64,000 nucleotides of DNA from Camelus ferus (Eukaryota): positions 12,650,001 through 12,714,000 of the forward strand of contig NC_045698.1 in assembly GCF_009834535.1 (NCBI RefSeq), in the 5' to 3' direction. Positions within the stretch are counted from its first letter, which is position 1. Each line of letters opens with the position of its first letter. Positions 1 to 13,166 of this stretch are shown here, piece after piece. Under the pieces are notes generated by a model. It did no database searches and had not been told where the DNA came from. It saw only the letters and a list, made by a program, of their open reading frames with translations. A program made the translations under genes and the position numbers.

Positions 1-756
1 ATTATCATCAACATTTGTCTGCAATGTGCAGACAGAGCCCCTGGGTCTTTTCCATGTTACAGATCTCCTTTGAAGTCCTGGAGACTTTTGCCCATTGAGC
101 AGCTATATAGGGTGCAGAGAGGAACAAAACCAGGGAATCAGCATGAACTGCAGGTCTGAGGGAGCTGTATCAAAAGCTCACACGCCAGGCTATTTAATTT
201 GTTGGCCCGCTCGGTAGAAAGATACCTGCTGGGCAGGGTGGGTTTGAAGAATCAGATGGAGAGAAATATAAATGAATATAATTCACACTATTATTTCTTG
301 GCAGCACTCATACGTGGATAAGAATTTTTTTTCTACCCCAGAGCTGGCATTATCTCTCTTGCCACTTTCTCTGAGTTAGTACCCTGGCAGCTGAGAGGTG
401 CTGGAGAAAATCACACAATTGAGCGGACTGGTTTCTTTTTTTAGTTCAGGTTATTTTAAACTTTTAATTGGCATCGCTTGATAGTTCTGTGTTTCTCTAG
501 ATGTTCTTTCCCATTCACTCAGGTTGTTCTTTCATGCCTTCCTCTTGCCCCTAAGCCATCACATCTTCTCCTTTCGCAGATGACTTTTCCTCATTCTTCA
601 CAGAGATTTTTTTGAAATGCTGTTGGGCCTAATCTTGCAACTTGTCATCACCCATGAGAGTAATCCACCCTCACCTGTTATGGTGGAGAAAACAAATGTT
701 CTCTCTTCCTCCAAAACAAATCAGCTCTTGTGAGCTCAGTCTGCTTTTTTGTTCTA

Positions 757-1858
757 TGTAGGCAGCTTCTGAACTGGCCCCCAGTGATGCCCATCTCCTG
801 GTATTTATGCTCTTGGGCAAGCTCCTCACTTAGCGTGTTCACCGGATTTAGTGATTTGCTTTTAATGAGAAGACTGTGGCAAAAGTGCTGGGTTGTCACT
901 TCCAAGACTAGGTTATGAAAGACTATATATAGTGTGACTTCTCTCTTTTTTTTTAATTGAAGTATAATTGATTTACAATGTTGTATTAGTTTCAAGTGTA
1001 CAGCAAAGTGATTCAGTTATATAAATATATATACATATTCTTTTTCAGATTCTTTTCCATTGTAAGTTATTATGAGGTATTGAATATAGTTCCCTGTGCT
1101 ATGCAAGTAGTTCCTTGTTATGTATCTATTATATTTATATAGCAGTGTGCATCTTAATCCCAAACTTACAATTTATCCCTCCTGTAATTTCCCCTTTAGT
1201 AACCATAAGTTTGTTTTTTATGTCTGTGTGTCTATTTCTGTTTTGTGAATAAGTTCATTTGTATCATTTTAAAGTTTCTACATATGAGTGATAACATGTG
1301 TCTTTCTTTGTCTGACTTAACTTCACTATGTATGATAATCTCTAGGTCCATCTGTGTTGCTGCAAATGGCATTATTTAATTCTTCTTTATGGCTGCATAG
1401 TAGTCCATTGTATAAATATACCACAACTTCTTTATCCAGTCATCTGTCAATGGACATTTGGGTTGTTTCCATGTCTTGGCTATTTTAAATAGTGCTGTTA
1501 TGAACACTGGGGTGTATGTATCTTTTCAAATTAGAGTTTTCTCTGGATATATGCCCAGGAGTGGGGTTGATGGATCATATGGTAAGTCTATTTTTAGTTT
1601 TTTAAGGAACTGTCCTCCATAGTGGCTGCACCAAATTACATTCCCACGAACAGTGCAGGAGGGTTCCCTTTTCTCCATACCCTCTCCAGCATTTATCGTT
1701 TGTAGACTTTTTGATTGGTGTGAGGTGAACTCATTGTAGTTCTGATTTGCATTTCTCTAATAATTAGTGATGTTGAGCATCTTTTCATGTGCCTCTTGGC
1801 CATCTGTATCTGTGACTTCTGTCTTGCTTTTGCTCTGTTTCACTTGCTTGCTGGATGG
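757..1858 (+). mobile_element. MaLR LTR fragment (MLT1G/H-like), split by an L1 insertion (parts ~757-942 and ~1811-1858)
   Basis: Begins tgtaggcagcttctgaactggccccc and contains gtcacttccaagactaggttatgaaagact, typical of MLT1 LTRs. The sequence resumes after the L1 TSD. Confidence 0.65.
948..1810 (-). mobile_element. 5'-truncated L1 (ORF2 end + 3'UTR)
   Basis: Poly-T followed by ttgaagtataattgatttacaatgttg (reverse complement of the L1 3' end) and typical L1 3' motifs. TSD tgtgacttct[c/g]tctt at 933-947 and 1811-1825. Confidence 0.95.
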
Positions 1859-2590
1859 AGCAGGAGTGGGAATATTGCCATCAGGACCATTTCTCTCCAC
1901 ATCTGGTCTCCACTGGTGTTATCCTGAGGTTTATTCTTTACTTGTGGTAGTGGTGATGTCCCCATGTTCCCATTGTCTTCATAGGCAGAGTTAACAGACA
2001 ATGTAGCTTACAGAACATAGAAACATGTTTGTCCTCTGAGTTAAAACCTTCTCATCATATTTGATAAATACAAAGTTAGATATATTAACATGCATTTTTC
2101 TATAACTACATTAGCTGTTAGTTATATATAAGCTTCTTGATTTGCTCTCAGTCTGAGTCTTTCAATCTTACTTCAGTTCAAAACCCCAACCTAGTTGACA
2201 TAGATGAGGAATTGATTAGGTACAAACCACTTCCTTGGGAGAGAAAAAGATTGTGATTATTTTAGAAGATGCAAGATTTTCTTGATGACTTACAGAATAT
2301 TAAGTTGACAGAAGAACAGGAAGAAAAAGCTGGCGTTCTTGAAAAGTATCCACACTCTACTCACTTTCTCATTTGCTTCCTTATACACAGGTAGCCTGAC
2401 TCTGGGTGGACATGGCATTGTGCAGCCCAAGGCTGCAATAGTTTTAAATTTTAGCCCCTTAATAACGAAAAATCTTCTCAAAGAACTGAGAGGTAGTTCT
2501 CAAGTGCTAAGTCTACAGACATGATTCTGATCTCTCTGGGGGCATAGGCCCATAGCAGGTGCCAAAGCTCCATCAAAAAGCACCATGTGA

Positions 2591-3295
2591 GCTGTTGGTG
2601 GAAATGTAAATTGGTGCAACTACTATGGAGGACAGTATAGAGGTTCCTTAAAATATTAAAAATAAACTTACCATATGATACAGGATCTGGAGAAAACTCT
2701 AATTTGAAAAGACACATGCACCCCAATGTTCATAGCAGTACTATTTACAGTAGCCAGGAAATGGAAACAACCTAAATGTCCATGATGATGACTGGATAAA
2801 GAAGCTGTGGTAGACTTATACAATGGAATACTACTCAGCCATAAAAAGAATTAAATAATGCCATTTGCAGCAACATGGATGGACCAAGAGAGTATGATAC
2901 TAAGTGAAGTAAATCAGACAGCAAAAGACAAATATATGATATCACTTATATGTGGATTCTAAAAAAAAAAAAGATACTAATTTTATTTACAAACCAGAAA
3001 TAGGCTCACAAACATAGATAAAATTATGGTTATTAAAGGGGAAAGGGGAGGGAGGGATAAATTAGGAGTTTGGGAATAGCAGATACACACTACTATATAT
3101 AAAACAGATAAATGACAAGGACCTATTGTGCAGCACAGGGAACTATATTCATTACCTTAAAATAAGCTATAATGGAAAAAGTCTGAAAAATATATGTACA
3201 TATGTGTATAACTGAATCAATTTGCTGTACATCTAAAACCAACATTGTAAATCAACTACGCTTCATAAAAAATAAAATTAAAAATTAAAAAAAAA
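2591..3295 (+). mobile_element. 5'-truncated L1 3' end
   Basis: ctgttggtggaaatgtaaattggtgc ... ccatttgcagcaacatggatgg ... acattgtaaatcaactac followed by an A-rich tail. Degenerate TSD aaaaa..tgtgagc on both sides. Confidence 0.95.
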
Positions 3296-5366
3296 TCAGT
3301 GTGTGAGCATTAGTTTATGTGAGATCCTGAATGCAAATGGGGACGTCAGAGAATGATGGGAAGTCAGCGTCCTCTGGCTCTCCACTGTGTACCTGCTGTA
3401 AATAAGCACTAAATAGGTGTGTATTAACTGACTTGAGTGAGCAGGTCTCAGGTAGAACAGTTAGACATTGAGGTGGAAGTTAAAAAAAAATTGCTATTTG
3501 AATAGCTAGCTGCTTGCTGAATTTAATCTCTGCACTCTGAAAAGACTCAGTAAATGTTCCTTTGTATAATCAACTGATATTCAATTAACTTGTAATAACT
3601 ACTTTAATAATTCTAGAGAGGTAATTTGAGTCTCCTGCAAAGTTGGCTAGCGTTTTCCTTTGATAGTCTCTTCTGGGGAAATGACTCACAGGTATCATAG
3701 GTATTAATTGCTGGGTGGAGATTCTTTCTTTTTTTTTCCTTTCTTCTTTTTTAATACAATGATGAGCATGTTGCACTACTATTAAATAATTCTTGACTTT
3801 TAAAAAAATAATTTGGAAGTTGCTAAAAATTGTTGGACAGAGAGAAGATTTTATTCAATTGTGGACTCACATGGCAAAAGAAAACTGGCTCAAGTTGTTG
3901 AATTTCTGCTTCCGTTGAAAAGCTGATTAAAAATGGAACTGGAGAACATGTAATTACCCCAATGGAATGATTATGTGACATTGAAAAACTGGTCACCCTA
4001 GGTGGTTAACTGTGTGATTAAGAAAACAATAATAGCGTGGACAACGTGAACCTTGTCCAGTAGTGATCACAATTTGCATTTTGCTTCTGCAAAGCACAAA
4101 TAGGTTAACTGAATACCAAAGAGCAGTGAACTGCCTATGATTTGCATCTTTATATGGTGATTAAGAATTTAATAAATTAGAATATAATATTTATACCACT
4201 GTATGACTAAAATATCCTCTCAACTTCCTGCTCTTATGAGGGTTGAAAGAAAGAAAGGACCATATTCTTCAATTATGCAATGGATAACTATTAATTTTCT
4301 AACATTTTCCAATGATTGCTTGCTGTAAAAATGTAAAATGGTGCCAGAAGCTTTAGCATGTATTATTCACACTGTAATTTTGGTTTATTTCCTTCTAGAC
4401 TTTTTCCAGCACGTATTTTTTAAAACAGTTGTAATCATGTTATACATGTAATTTATCCTGACTTTTTAAAACCTAATGTTATAAATGTTAGTTATGTTTA
4501 TAATAGCAAAAAATCTAGAAGCAAAGTAAATATGCACCGTATTCAGGGGACTCACGGCACTCTTAAAGATATTGGTTATGAAATATATAATTTATTTAAC
4601 AATCCCCATATAACTGGTTATCTAGATTCTTTTTTTTTATTTTGTTATTACAAATGGGACAAATACTGTCATGCATATTATTTTATGCACGTAGATTCTT
4701 TCAGGGTTTTGACTGTTCTATTAGGAGAAAAGTCTACAGAAGAAATTAGTGGGTGAAAATTTGTAAATCTCTCTTTAAATGACTTTTGATACAAATACTA
4801 TTCAGGATCTATTTGTTTTCAAGTGTCATTGACTAGCTTAGAAATAAAGGGAGGATTTTTTAGATGCAAATGATCATGCATGTAACAGTAGGAAGGGACA
4901 GCACATCTGGATGGCTGAAACCAGGGACTGAAATGTCCCAGGCCTTTTTCTGAATCCATGTCTCTCCAAGGCTCAGTGGTCAGCCACATTTCATTATTTG
5001 TTGGTCAGCTTTTTTTCTCCCTGGAGTGAACACACCTCTCCAAACTTCTGTGTTTCTACTAATAACAAGCGATTGGATTTAATTCCAAGAGGAAAGGTCT
5101 TAGAGGTACCTTAATCCCAGCCTGGTTTGGTCAGGGAGTTACTATGGACCAGTCCACACTGGCAAATTGGGCAAGATCCCATAACAGAGAAGAGGTCTCA
5201 AGTCCTTTAATTAGGTCTTTTTCTGGAGAATGCAGAGCTTAGGTGGGCCAGGTGTTTCTGTTATTTATGCTCATATGTGACCAAATTACCCTATCAGTTG
5301 GCAATCCTGGCAATAACATACAGAAGTACTGATTTTACCACTCTTTAACCAGTGTTGACTATTGGA

Positions 5367-5367
<1 letters not shown>

Positions 5368-5415
<48 letters not shown>
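5368..5415. repeat. (TTA)16 microsatellite
   Basis: Perfect tandem TTA repeat, read directly. Confidence 0.97.
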
Positions 5416-5416
<1 letters not shown>

Positions 5417-5824
5417 CTAATATTTTCATTTCTAGCTCAAGCAGGTGGACTGAATACATGTAGATAACTCCTCATTTACTCCAATTCCACTGGAATGACA
5501 TTAAGTACAACAGGAAGAAATCCTTAAGAGCTCTGCAAATGAGATGAAGAGCCCTAGGATAGTTAGTGATTTTGATCCTTTTATGGGAGACACAAAGATC
5601 ATTTTGATGGATGAGATAGCAGGGGAGGTTACAGTCCAGAACATGTACACAGAACGCCATGGGGGAGGGAGAAATTGTTCTACTGATAGAGCCCCAGAGG
5701 GGCTTCAGGCTCAGGTCTATAAATATGCAGAGAAAATGGGGACGGGCAGCTACTAGAGAGATGACTGACTGAAGGAGGTGACACCACATGCTTTCTACTA
5801 CCCTTGCTCAGGGCTTTTCCACTC

Positions 5825-5960
5825 TTTTTTTTGGGGGGTGAAGGTAATTAGGTTTATTTATTTGTTTGTTTATTTCCTTATTAATGGAGGTACTGGGGAT
5901 TGTACCCGGGACCTGGGGCATGCTAAGCATGTGCTCAACCACTGAGCTATACCCTCCCCC
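5825..5960 (-). mobile_element. tRNA-derived SINE (camelid Vic-1-like)
   Basis: Reverse complement starts ggggagggtatagctcagtgg (A-box) with a B-box-like segment and an AT-rich tail. Degenerate TSD gggc.ttt.c.a.tctt at 5811-5826 and 5964-5979. Confidence 0.9.
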
Positions 5961-6134
5961 ACTGGGCATTTCTATTCTTAATCATGTAGAGTGACTGCAG
6001 CAACATGTGCTGCCCAGGGAGAAAAACCCAGAGAATTGTCCACTAAACTGGTGGCATGTTTAGTTAGCACTCTTAGAGGGGAGTTGACACCCAAGACTAA
6101 AGCCTTTCCCATTTAGACATGAAAGATGCTTCAA

Positions 6135-7203
6135 TTGTCTATTACTGAATAACAAAGAACTTAAAGCTTAGTGGCTTAAAGACAACAATTCATTTGTTCC
6201 CCCCTCAGGATTATGTGGGTCGGCTGGGCTCCACTGCATGGTTCTTCTCCTTGACGTGGTGTTGACTGACTTAATTACATTCTGTTGGGAGCTCAAGGTA
6301 CTGAAACAACCAAGATGGCTTCACTCATGTGTCTGGTGCTTCAACTGGAGTATCTGCAATGTCTGTGGGCTCAGTGGGCCTCTCTTTCTCCACATTATCT
6401 CTCATCATTCTATAGCCTAACCCAAACTTCCTTACATAGCAGTTGAGTTCTAGCACTAGAGTTGAATGTGCAAGGTCACACAGCATCACTTCAACCTTAT
6501 TCCATGTGTCATCGCAAGTCACAAGGCTAGGCCATGTTCAAGAAGATGAGAAAAACTCTACCATTTGATGGGAGAAATGGCATAGATAATAGTTAATTTT
6601 ACATGTCAATTTGACTGGGCCATGGTGTGCCAGACATTTGGATGAACATTACTTTGGGTGTGTCTGTGGAGGTGTTTCTGGATGAGATTAGCATTCGAAT
6701 TGGTCCACTGAGTAAAGCAAATGGCCTTCCTTAATGTGGGTGGGCCTCATCCAATCAGTTGAAGGCCTGAGTAGAACAAAAAAGATGCACTAAGAAGGAA
6801 CCTCTCCTGCTTGATTGCTGAGCTGGGACATTGTCTTTTCTGGCCTTTGAACTCAGACTGAAACATTGGCTCTTCTTGACTCACAAGCTTACCTGCTTTT
6901 GGACTGGGACTTACACCTTTGGTTCACTTGGTTCCCAGACTGTTGAATTTAGACTGAAACTGCACATCAGCTCTCCTGGGTCTCCAGCTTGCTGACCACA
7001 GGTCTTGGGATTTCTCAACCTCCAAAATCATGTGAGCCAATTTCATATAATAAATCCCTTTGTCTCTGTCTCTCTTTCTCTCTCTCTCTCTCTCCAAAAT
7101 ATCTGATTGGTTCTACTTCTCTGGAGAACCCTCACTCATACAGCATGCATAGATATGAATGGTAGAGATCATTGGTGACCAGTTTTTCAGATATTCTACC
7201 ACA
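6135..7203 (-). mobile_element. MaLR LTR (MLT1H-like), interrupted by MLT2
   Basis: cttagtggcttaaa...ccaagatggcttcactcatgtgtctgg...gcaagtcacaaggc...ttgatgggag. Resumes after 7142 and ends ctaccaca. Confidence 0.75.
6585..7142 (+). mobile_element. ERVL LTR (MLT2B/D-like), near full length
   Basis: gttaattttacatgtcaatttgactgggcc...gggtgggcctcatccaatcagttgaaggcctg...aataaa...ctctggagaaccct..taca. Flanks gcata/gcatg resemble a 5-bp TSD. Confidence 0.9.
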
Positions 7204-7508
7204 AAGGTGGTGAGTGTGAACATTTGCACTCCAAAGAGAGTTTTTCCATTGCTACTTCTTGGCTATGTGCACAGAGCTAGGATTCAGTGCTGCCAATCAG
7301 GCAAGATCAGGCAAGAGGAAACAGAACTACACTAGGTCTTATATTGCCAGGCTGTATTTCTAAATATGAACATTTAATAAAGAATCAGAAACATTTAAGG
7401 AGGATTGCCAGCATGGTAGAAAAGCAGCAAGATGAAAATACAATGATTAATTCTGGAAGAAAAAAGTAATTCAATGAACAGAGTAGAACTTTAAAATAAT
7501 TATAATTA

Positions 7509-8010
7509 TGCCTATTAGTTTCCTATTACTTCTATAGCAAATTACCACAAACATAGTGGCTTAAACAACACAGTTTATTACCTCTGGAGGTCAGAAGTCT
7601 GACATGGTTCTCATTGGGCTAAAGGCAAGGTGTTGGCAAGACTCATTCTTTTTTGGGGGTTCTAGGGGAGAATATGTTTTCTTGCCTTTTCTATCTTCTA
7701 GAGGCTGCCTGTGTTCCTTGGCTCATGGAACTTCCTTCATCTTCAAAGCCAGCAATAGTCAGCTGAGTCTGTCTCATACTGCCATCTCTCTGGTTTTGAC
7801 CCTCCTACCTCCCTCTTTCCCATTTAAGTGATTATACTGGGGCCACCTGTACAATTCAAGATATTTTTCTTAAGATCAACTGATAAGCAACCTTAATCTC
7901 ATCTGCAACAATAATTCCCTCTTGCCATGGAACACACAACACTCACAGGTTCTGAAGATCAGATTAAGAACAACTTTGGGTGGTGGGTGTGTGTTTTGTC
8001 CTATTCATCA
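7509..8010 (-). mobile_element. MaLR LTR (MLT1C/D-like)
   Basis: attagtttcctatt...aaattaccacaaac.tagtggcttaaacaaca...tctggaggtcagaagtc...cttctagaggctgcc...cttcaaagccagcaa. Confidence 0.88.
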
Positions 8011-9384
8011 GTTCCTAGGGAACTTTGAAAAGAAACCCAATTCTATGAAAATAGGAAGTAGACAATTTCTTCTTGATTTGGTAGCATTTGTATGTTGGCA
8101 GAAACTCAAATATATAGCTGCTCAGTAAGCAATTGCTTGTTGGATGGTTGGAAGGGAGAGATAGAAGACAGCAGTAACTGGATCCTGGGAATTTTTCAGG
8201 TGTTGGTAACATGGATGATATTTAGGGGTGTAGATGTATCCTTAGAGAAATTCTACAGGGTGAGTGAGGGGCTATGGAGAAGGACTTTGCTTTCAGATAT
8301 TTGCTTACCAAATGATATTTGGGAGAAACATGGGTGATACTCAGGGAGTTTGAAGTGTGTGAGTGGCACTAATTGGGAAGGAGGTGGGACATCTGGAATC
8401 ATAATTTGCATTATTTGTGGTCTGGGTCAGAAGTGCCTTATTCAGGTATTTATATGATCTAATGTTGGTGAGACTGGAGAAGAAGGCAGCCTTTCTACTT
8501 TGTTATAGGTGTAGATGATGACTGGGCTAAAGGAACCAACTTCAAGGTCCCAAACAGGCAGCTGGACTGTGGGATTAGGAAAGGCTGAAATGCCTGTGGA
8601 AATTAAAGTTGCAATGGTGCAGGCAATGGATTAGATTCTCCATAGAAATATTTTTTCTTCTGTTTACTTCTTCAACATAAAAATTATTTCTCCCTCTGGT
8701 CTGAGTATGATGCTCTGTTAGTTTATGCCTCATCACCTTTACAGAGGATGTCTGCTTTATTTCTTCTTAAAATTCCCTGAAATAAATCCTTTTTATTTAG
8801 TATTCTTCATATATGTGTAAACAAAATGTTCTACAGAATCTAAACAACTAGAGCTTTGAATTTTGAACAACTATGAGAAAACTGAGGACCAGAGATTCAA
8901 GAAAAAAAATGTGTAAACTCTACTGTGGTTCCCAGAGCTAGCTTTAATGATAAGCCATTCAACTGAACTTCTCTCAGGATCAGGGACAGAAAACTGCACT
9001 TAAAAACCCACTGGGATTTTTTTTTTGTTTGGTTCAGGATGAGTAATGATGCCACGTGATAGAAGATATATTTTGAATTATCTCAAGCATAAGAGCCTTA
9101 GTTTTATGAGCCGGGAGTTTCAGTATGTTTTGTGTCAGGAATAATCCTACATGACATGGTCCATGACCCTTTAACCTTCTGGAACACAGAAAAACTTTTA
9201 AGTCTTAACAGAGTCAACAAGTAGCAGCAGGTTGTTACTTTTTTGTTCAAATTTGAAGTATTATACCTCAGACTCTCTATTAGATACAGGATTTTAAATG
9301 TGGTTTTATATTTAAGCTTCACGAATATTATAGGAAATGAGGCTTTGATGTTCTGCTCTATAATGGCCTGTATGTATACACATA

Positions 9385-10085
9385 TATTTTCATAATAAAC
9401 TATTTATTTTGGAATAATTTTAGGTTTGCAGAAAAGTAACAAAGAGAGCATAGAGAGTCCCACATATCCTTCCTCTGGCTCTGAGTTTCCCCTCATATCA
9501 TTATCTTACATGACTGTGGTGTATTTGTCAAAGCTAAGTAACCGACATTGCTACGTTCCTATTAACTGAATTCCAGACTATATTTAGATTTCATCAGTCT
9601 TTCCCCAGTATCCTTTTGCTGTTTCCAGGATCTCATCCAGGACACCCCATTGCATTTAGTCTCATGTATCCTTAGTTTCCTCTGTTCTGTGATAGTTTCT
9701 CAGTCTTTCCTTGTTTTTCATTCTCTTGATAGTTTTGAGAGTATTGGTCAGATGTTTTATAGAATGTTCCTCAATTTGAAGTTTGTCTGATGTTTTCCTC
9801 TTGATTCAACTAGGTTATGGGTTTAGGGGCAGAAAAGCACGGAGGAAATGCCCTTCTCATCACAAAGAATCAGAGGTGACATGACAGGGGCCCATGTGAC
9901 TTCGCGTTGGTGAAGTTAATTCGATCACTTGGCTAAGATCATGCTCATTGGGTTTCTAGACTGGAGAGTTGCTATTTCCTCTTTTCTTTGGAAGAGAGTC
10001 ACTAAATTCAGCTCACACCCAACAGAGTGAAGGGATTGCTTCTTACACTCTTGCATGTATTTACATGTATTATTTGGAGTTCAAA
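9385..10085 (-). mobile_element. Ancient L1 3' end (L1MC/L1MD-like)
   Basis: ttattttggaataattttaggttt.cagaaaagt...ttgcatttagt...tttgtctgatgttttcctc...gatcacttggctaag. Confidence 0.8.
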
Positions 10086-10559
10086 ACCACCTTTTGATAA
10101 TGCTTTAAGTATTTTACCCTCAGTAAACCTATATTTTGTGTGTGTGAAGAAAGAAAACACCATATATAAAGGCCTTAGTGCAAGCTTTTTCTTACTGTCT
10201 CTGTGCTGAGCAGAGTGTGTGTTTGATGCCACGTTGACACTCTTGAACCGTTGGTCTAAAACGCCCAACCGTATTGACCTGCACAGGATTATGGTGGAAG
10301 TAAGTGGAGGGGAATTTGCACATTCTTTTGAATGTATTCAGATGAAGTGAAGCTCATTTCTAAATGTGGAATGTAATAAACACACGGATTTTAAATCAAA
10401 GTTAGGGTATGAAAAGCTCCACACAGTTACTCATTTGTGTGTCTCTGTTTCAACTGTGTCTCCACACACGGACTCAGTGGCCAGCTGACAAGTAGGTTTC
10501 TATCATGATTTGCATTACTGCCTCCCCTCTGGGACCTTAGCATCCCTCTCTTGAGCAGA

Positions 10560-11009
10560 TGTTAGGGGCTGAATTGTGTCCCTTCAAAATTCATATGTTG
10601 AAACTCTAACCCTCAGTACTTCCGAACGTGACCTTATTGAGAAATAGACTCTGTGCAGATGTAGTTGGTAAGATGAGGTCATTAGGGTGGGCCCTAGTCT
10701 ATTTGACTGATGTCCTTATAAAAAGGGACAATGTTGTCATATAGGGAGAACATCATGTAACAATTAAGGCAGAGGTCAGGGCAATGCATCTGTGAACCAA
10801 CAACACCAAAGATTTCCAGAAAGCACCAGAAGTTAGGTGAAAGGTATGGAACAGATAGGTTCTTTCTCACAGAGTGCAGGAGGATTCAACCTTGCCAAAA
10901 CCTTGATCTTGGATTTACAGCCTCCAGAACTGTGAGACAATAAAGTTTCCATTGTTTTAGCCAGTCAGCTTGCTGTGCTTTGTTACAGCACCTTTAGCAA
11001 ACTAATACA
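10560..11009 (+). mobile_element. MaLR LTR (MLT1B/C-like), full length
   Basis: TG...CA termini; gggctgaattgtgtccc..caaaattcatatgttgaa...cagcctccagaactgtgagacaataaa...aaactaataca. 5-bp TSD gcaga/gtaga. Confidence 0.92.
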
Positions 11010-13076
11010 GTAGATCATTGAAGCTGGACTGAGCAAACCAGCTTTTGTGGCTCCAAACTTGGTTGGTTGTAAATCTTTCTTGGTCATAGACTCCAGAAGG
11101 AATCTGCAGCTTCTCACTTACTATAAGCCTTTCACAGTGAGACAGTTCTACTAAATGTTCATTTAAGATTATTCTATGATGTGGAATTGTATTGTATTGA
11201 AATTTGTATTATTTCTGACCGTGTATAAGATCTTTGCCTTCCAAAACCTTTGTCAAAGTCTGACAGCTTACTGTCTACTGGCACTGTTGTGATGACAAAC
11301 AAAAAAGTGCTGGTTTTAGTAGTCAAACTCCTGCCCCCTTCCTGGTGTTTGAACCCGTAGTCGAGCTGTTCAGCTTTGCCTGATTTGGCCCTAGGTGAGG
11401 TGAGCTGCATGTCTTCCTGATAAAGCAGTGTTACCTTCCAGGGTGGAATGAAATGTGGTTGTTCGATCTAAAATTTGAGTTGAAAAAGTTTGTGCATTTT
11501 CTGTGGGAATCGAGTCCAGCATGCTTCTATGAGAACCCCCCAGTCAGCCAGCACTGCATTAACTGGGTTCCTCAGACCACCTGTGGCTTGGGCAGGGGAG
11601 GGTGGGCATAGCTCCATACAGCTGATTACCTGGTACCTCGCAGGCTAGGAAACCTGTTTCCCAACTCATTTAGGGACCAGAGTGTGTTCACTTTCCATGA
11701 ACGAATTAATTAAATTCATCGGCTGGGAGGTGGAGAAAAATGTTGGTGGGTGATTATATTCATTAAAGGAATTTGAAAATTAACTCCTTAAAAAATGCTA
11801 TCATATACTAACACTGCTCCAGGATAGTTTAGCTAGAAGAGTTAACTTATTTCTCAGGTGTGCCTGATAAAGTGTTGTTATGTCTGTTTAGCATTTACAG
11901 GAACTGAAATGTGGAAATGAATGAAAACCTCTCAGACGCACCTCCTCCTCCTCTGCTCTGAAGTGTATAATTCAAATGTAATCGAAACTGACATTTCCCT
12001 AGGAAGGTAGCTTGGACGTTTGAGTAGGCAAATGAAAACTTGGCATTTTTGTCTATTTTCAACAAGCTGTTGTCAAGTGCAGTTTTGGTAGCTTGGGGGT
12101 TGTGATGGGGGAAAAAGGCAGCCACAGTCCTCTGATGTGCCTCCTTTAAAGGAAGAAATACAGTACCTGGGCAAGACGGTGCTCCCTAAGGATGGAGGGT
12201 GGACACAGCTGGGGAGGGAACTTTGGAGGATGGAGCCCAATGAGCATTGCTGTCTCACCGAGGGTCACCAGTTAGGAGACTAGATGCAGCTTCCAGGTTT
12301 GGGTAGCATATATTCTGCTGAATTCACTTCTTATATTTTATAATTGGCTTTTCATTTTTAGAGCAAAAATTCTAATTCTTGTCCAAATGTGACTATTCCA
12401 TCTCTTTTTGTCTTTAGTGTGTTCTTAAGAGAAAGGCCACCAGCTCTGATTTCTCCATCTGTCAACTCCTTGTCTCCTATCTGGAAATTACCGCAGAGTC
12501 TGGATGATCGGGAGGGTGGTTTGGGGGCAATTTTTCATTCTCAGAATAGCACCAAACCTTAAACTGGGAGGTGGTGAGGGAGGGAAAGAGAGCACTTCTG
12601 ACAGCTAAGATAAATAAAATTAAAAAAAAAAAGTGAGTGGGTACCTAAATACAGATTTTCCTCGCAGTCTGAAAGCAGAGGTTCCTACAAAGCTTGTTGT
12701 AAACCAAAATGTCATAAAGTGAAGAAGCAATCACCTTAGGACACTTCGTGCTAATGGATGCACAAAATAAATCAAGACGAAGCACAGATGCTCACAAACA
12801 CGGTGCAAACCTGTGGCGGCTTGGTGCTGAGGTGCTGAGTGTGGTTCTAGGGGAAGGAGCTTGGCAGGGGGGCCCCCTCTCCCTGCTCAGGGTCCGAGCT
12901 GCCTCTGTAACTGCTCACTGTGAAACTAACACTGAACACTATTTTCACGTTTTGCCTTTTTTTGTAAAATCAAAAATCCTCTTTGGATTTCTTTAGGTGA
13001 GTAAAAACAGGTACTACTGTAGGTCTTTCCTAAGAGCACAAAGTGATTCAAAGTGAACTTTCGGAAATGCCTGTAC

Positions 13077-13166
13077 CTTAATGTGGTGAAATTGTCATTT
13101 AGAGCGGAGCCGGGCAGCACGCCTGTCTGCTGCAGCCAGCTTGGGAGCTCCGAAAGAAGAGAGGAG
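13077..13166 (-). other. Candidate 90-nt exon (unannotated transcript)
   Basis: Minus-strand acceptor ctctcggcttctttcccag| and donor AAG|gtacag. CpG-rich; one open frame SSLLSELPSWLQQTGVLPGSALNDNFTTL. Confidence 0.3.

Noticed and set aside
11390..12615. Cluster of GATA, E-box and RUNX motifs as a blood-cell enhancer
   Set aside because: Short motifs at about chance density; cannot be supported without chromatin or conservation data.
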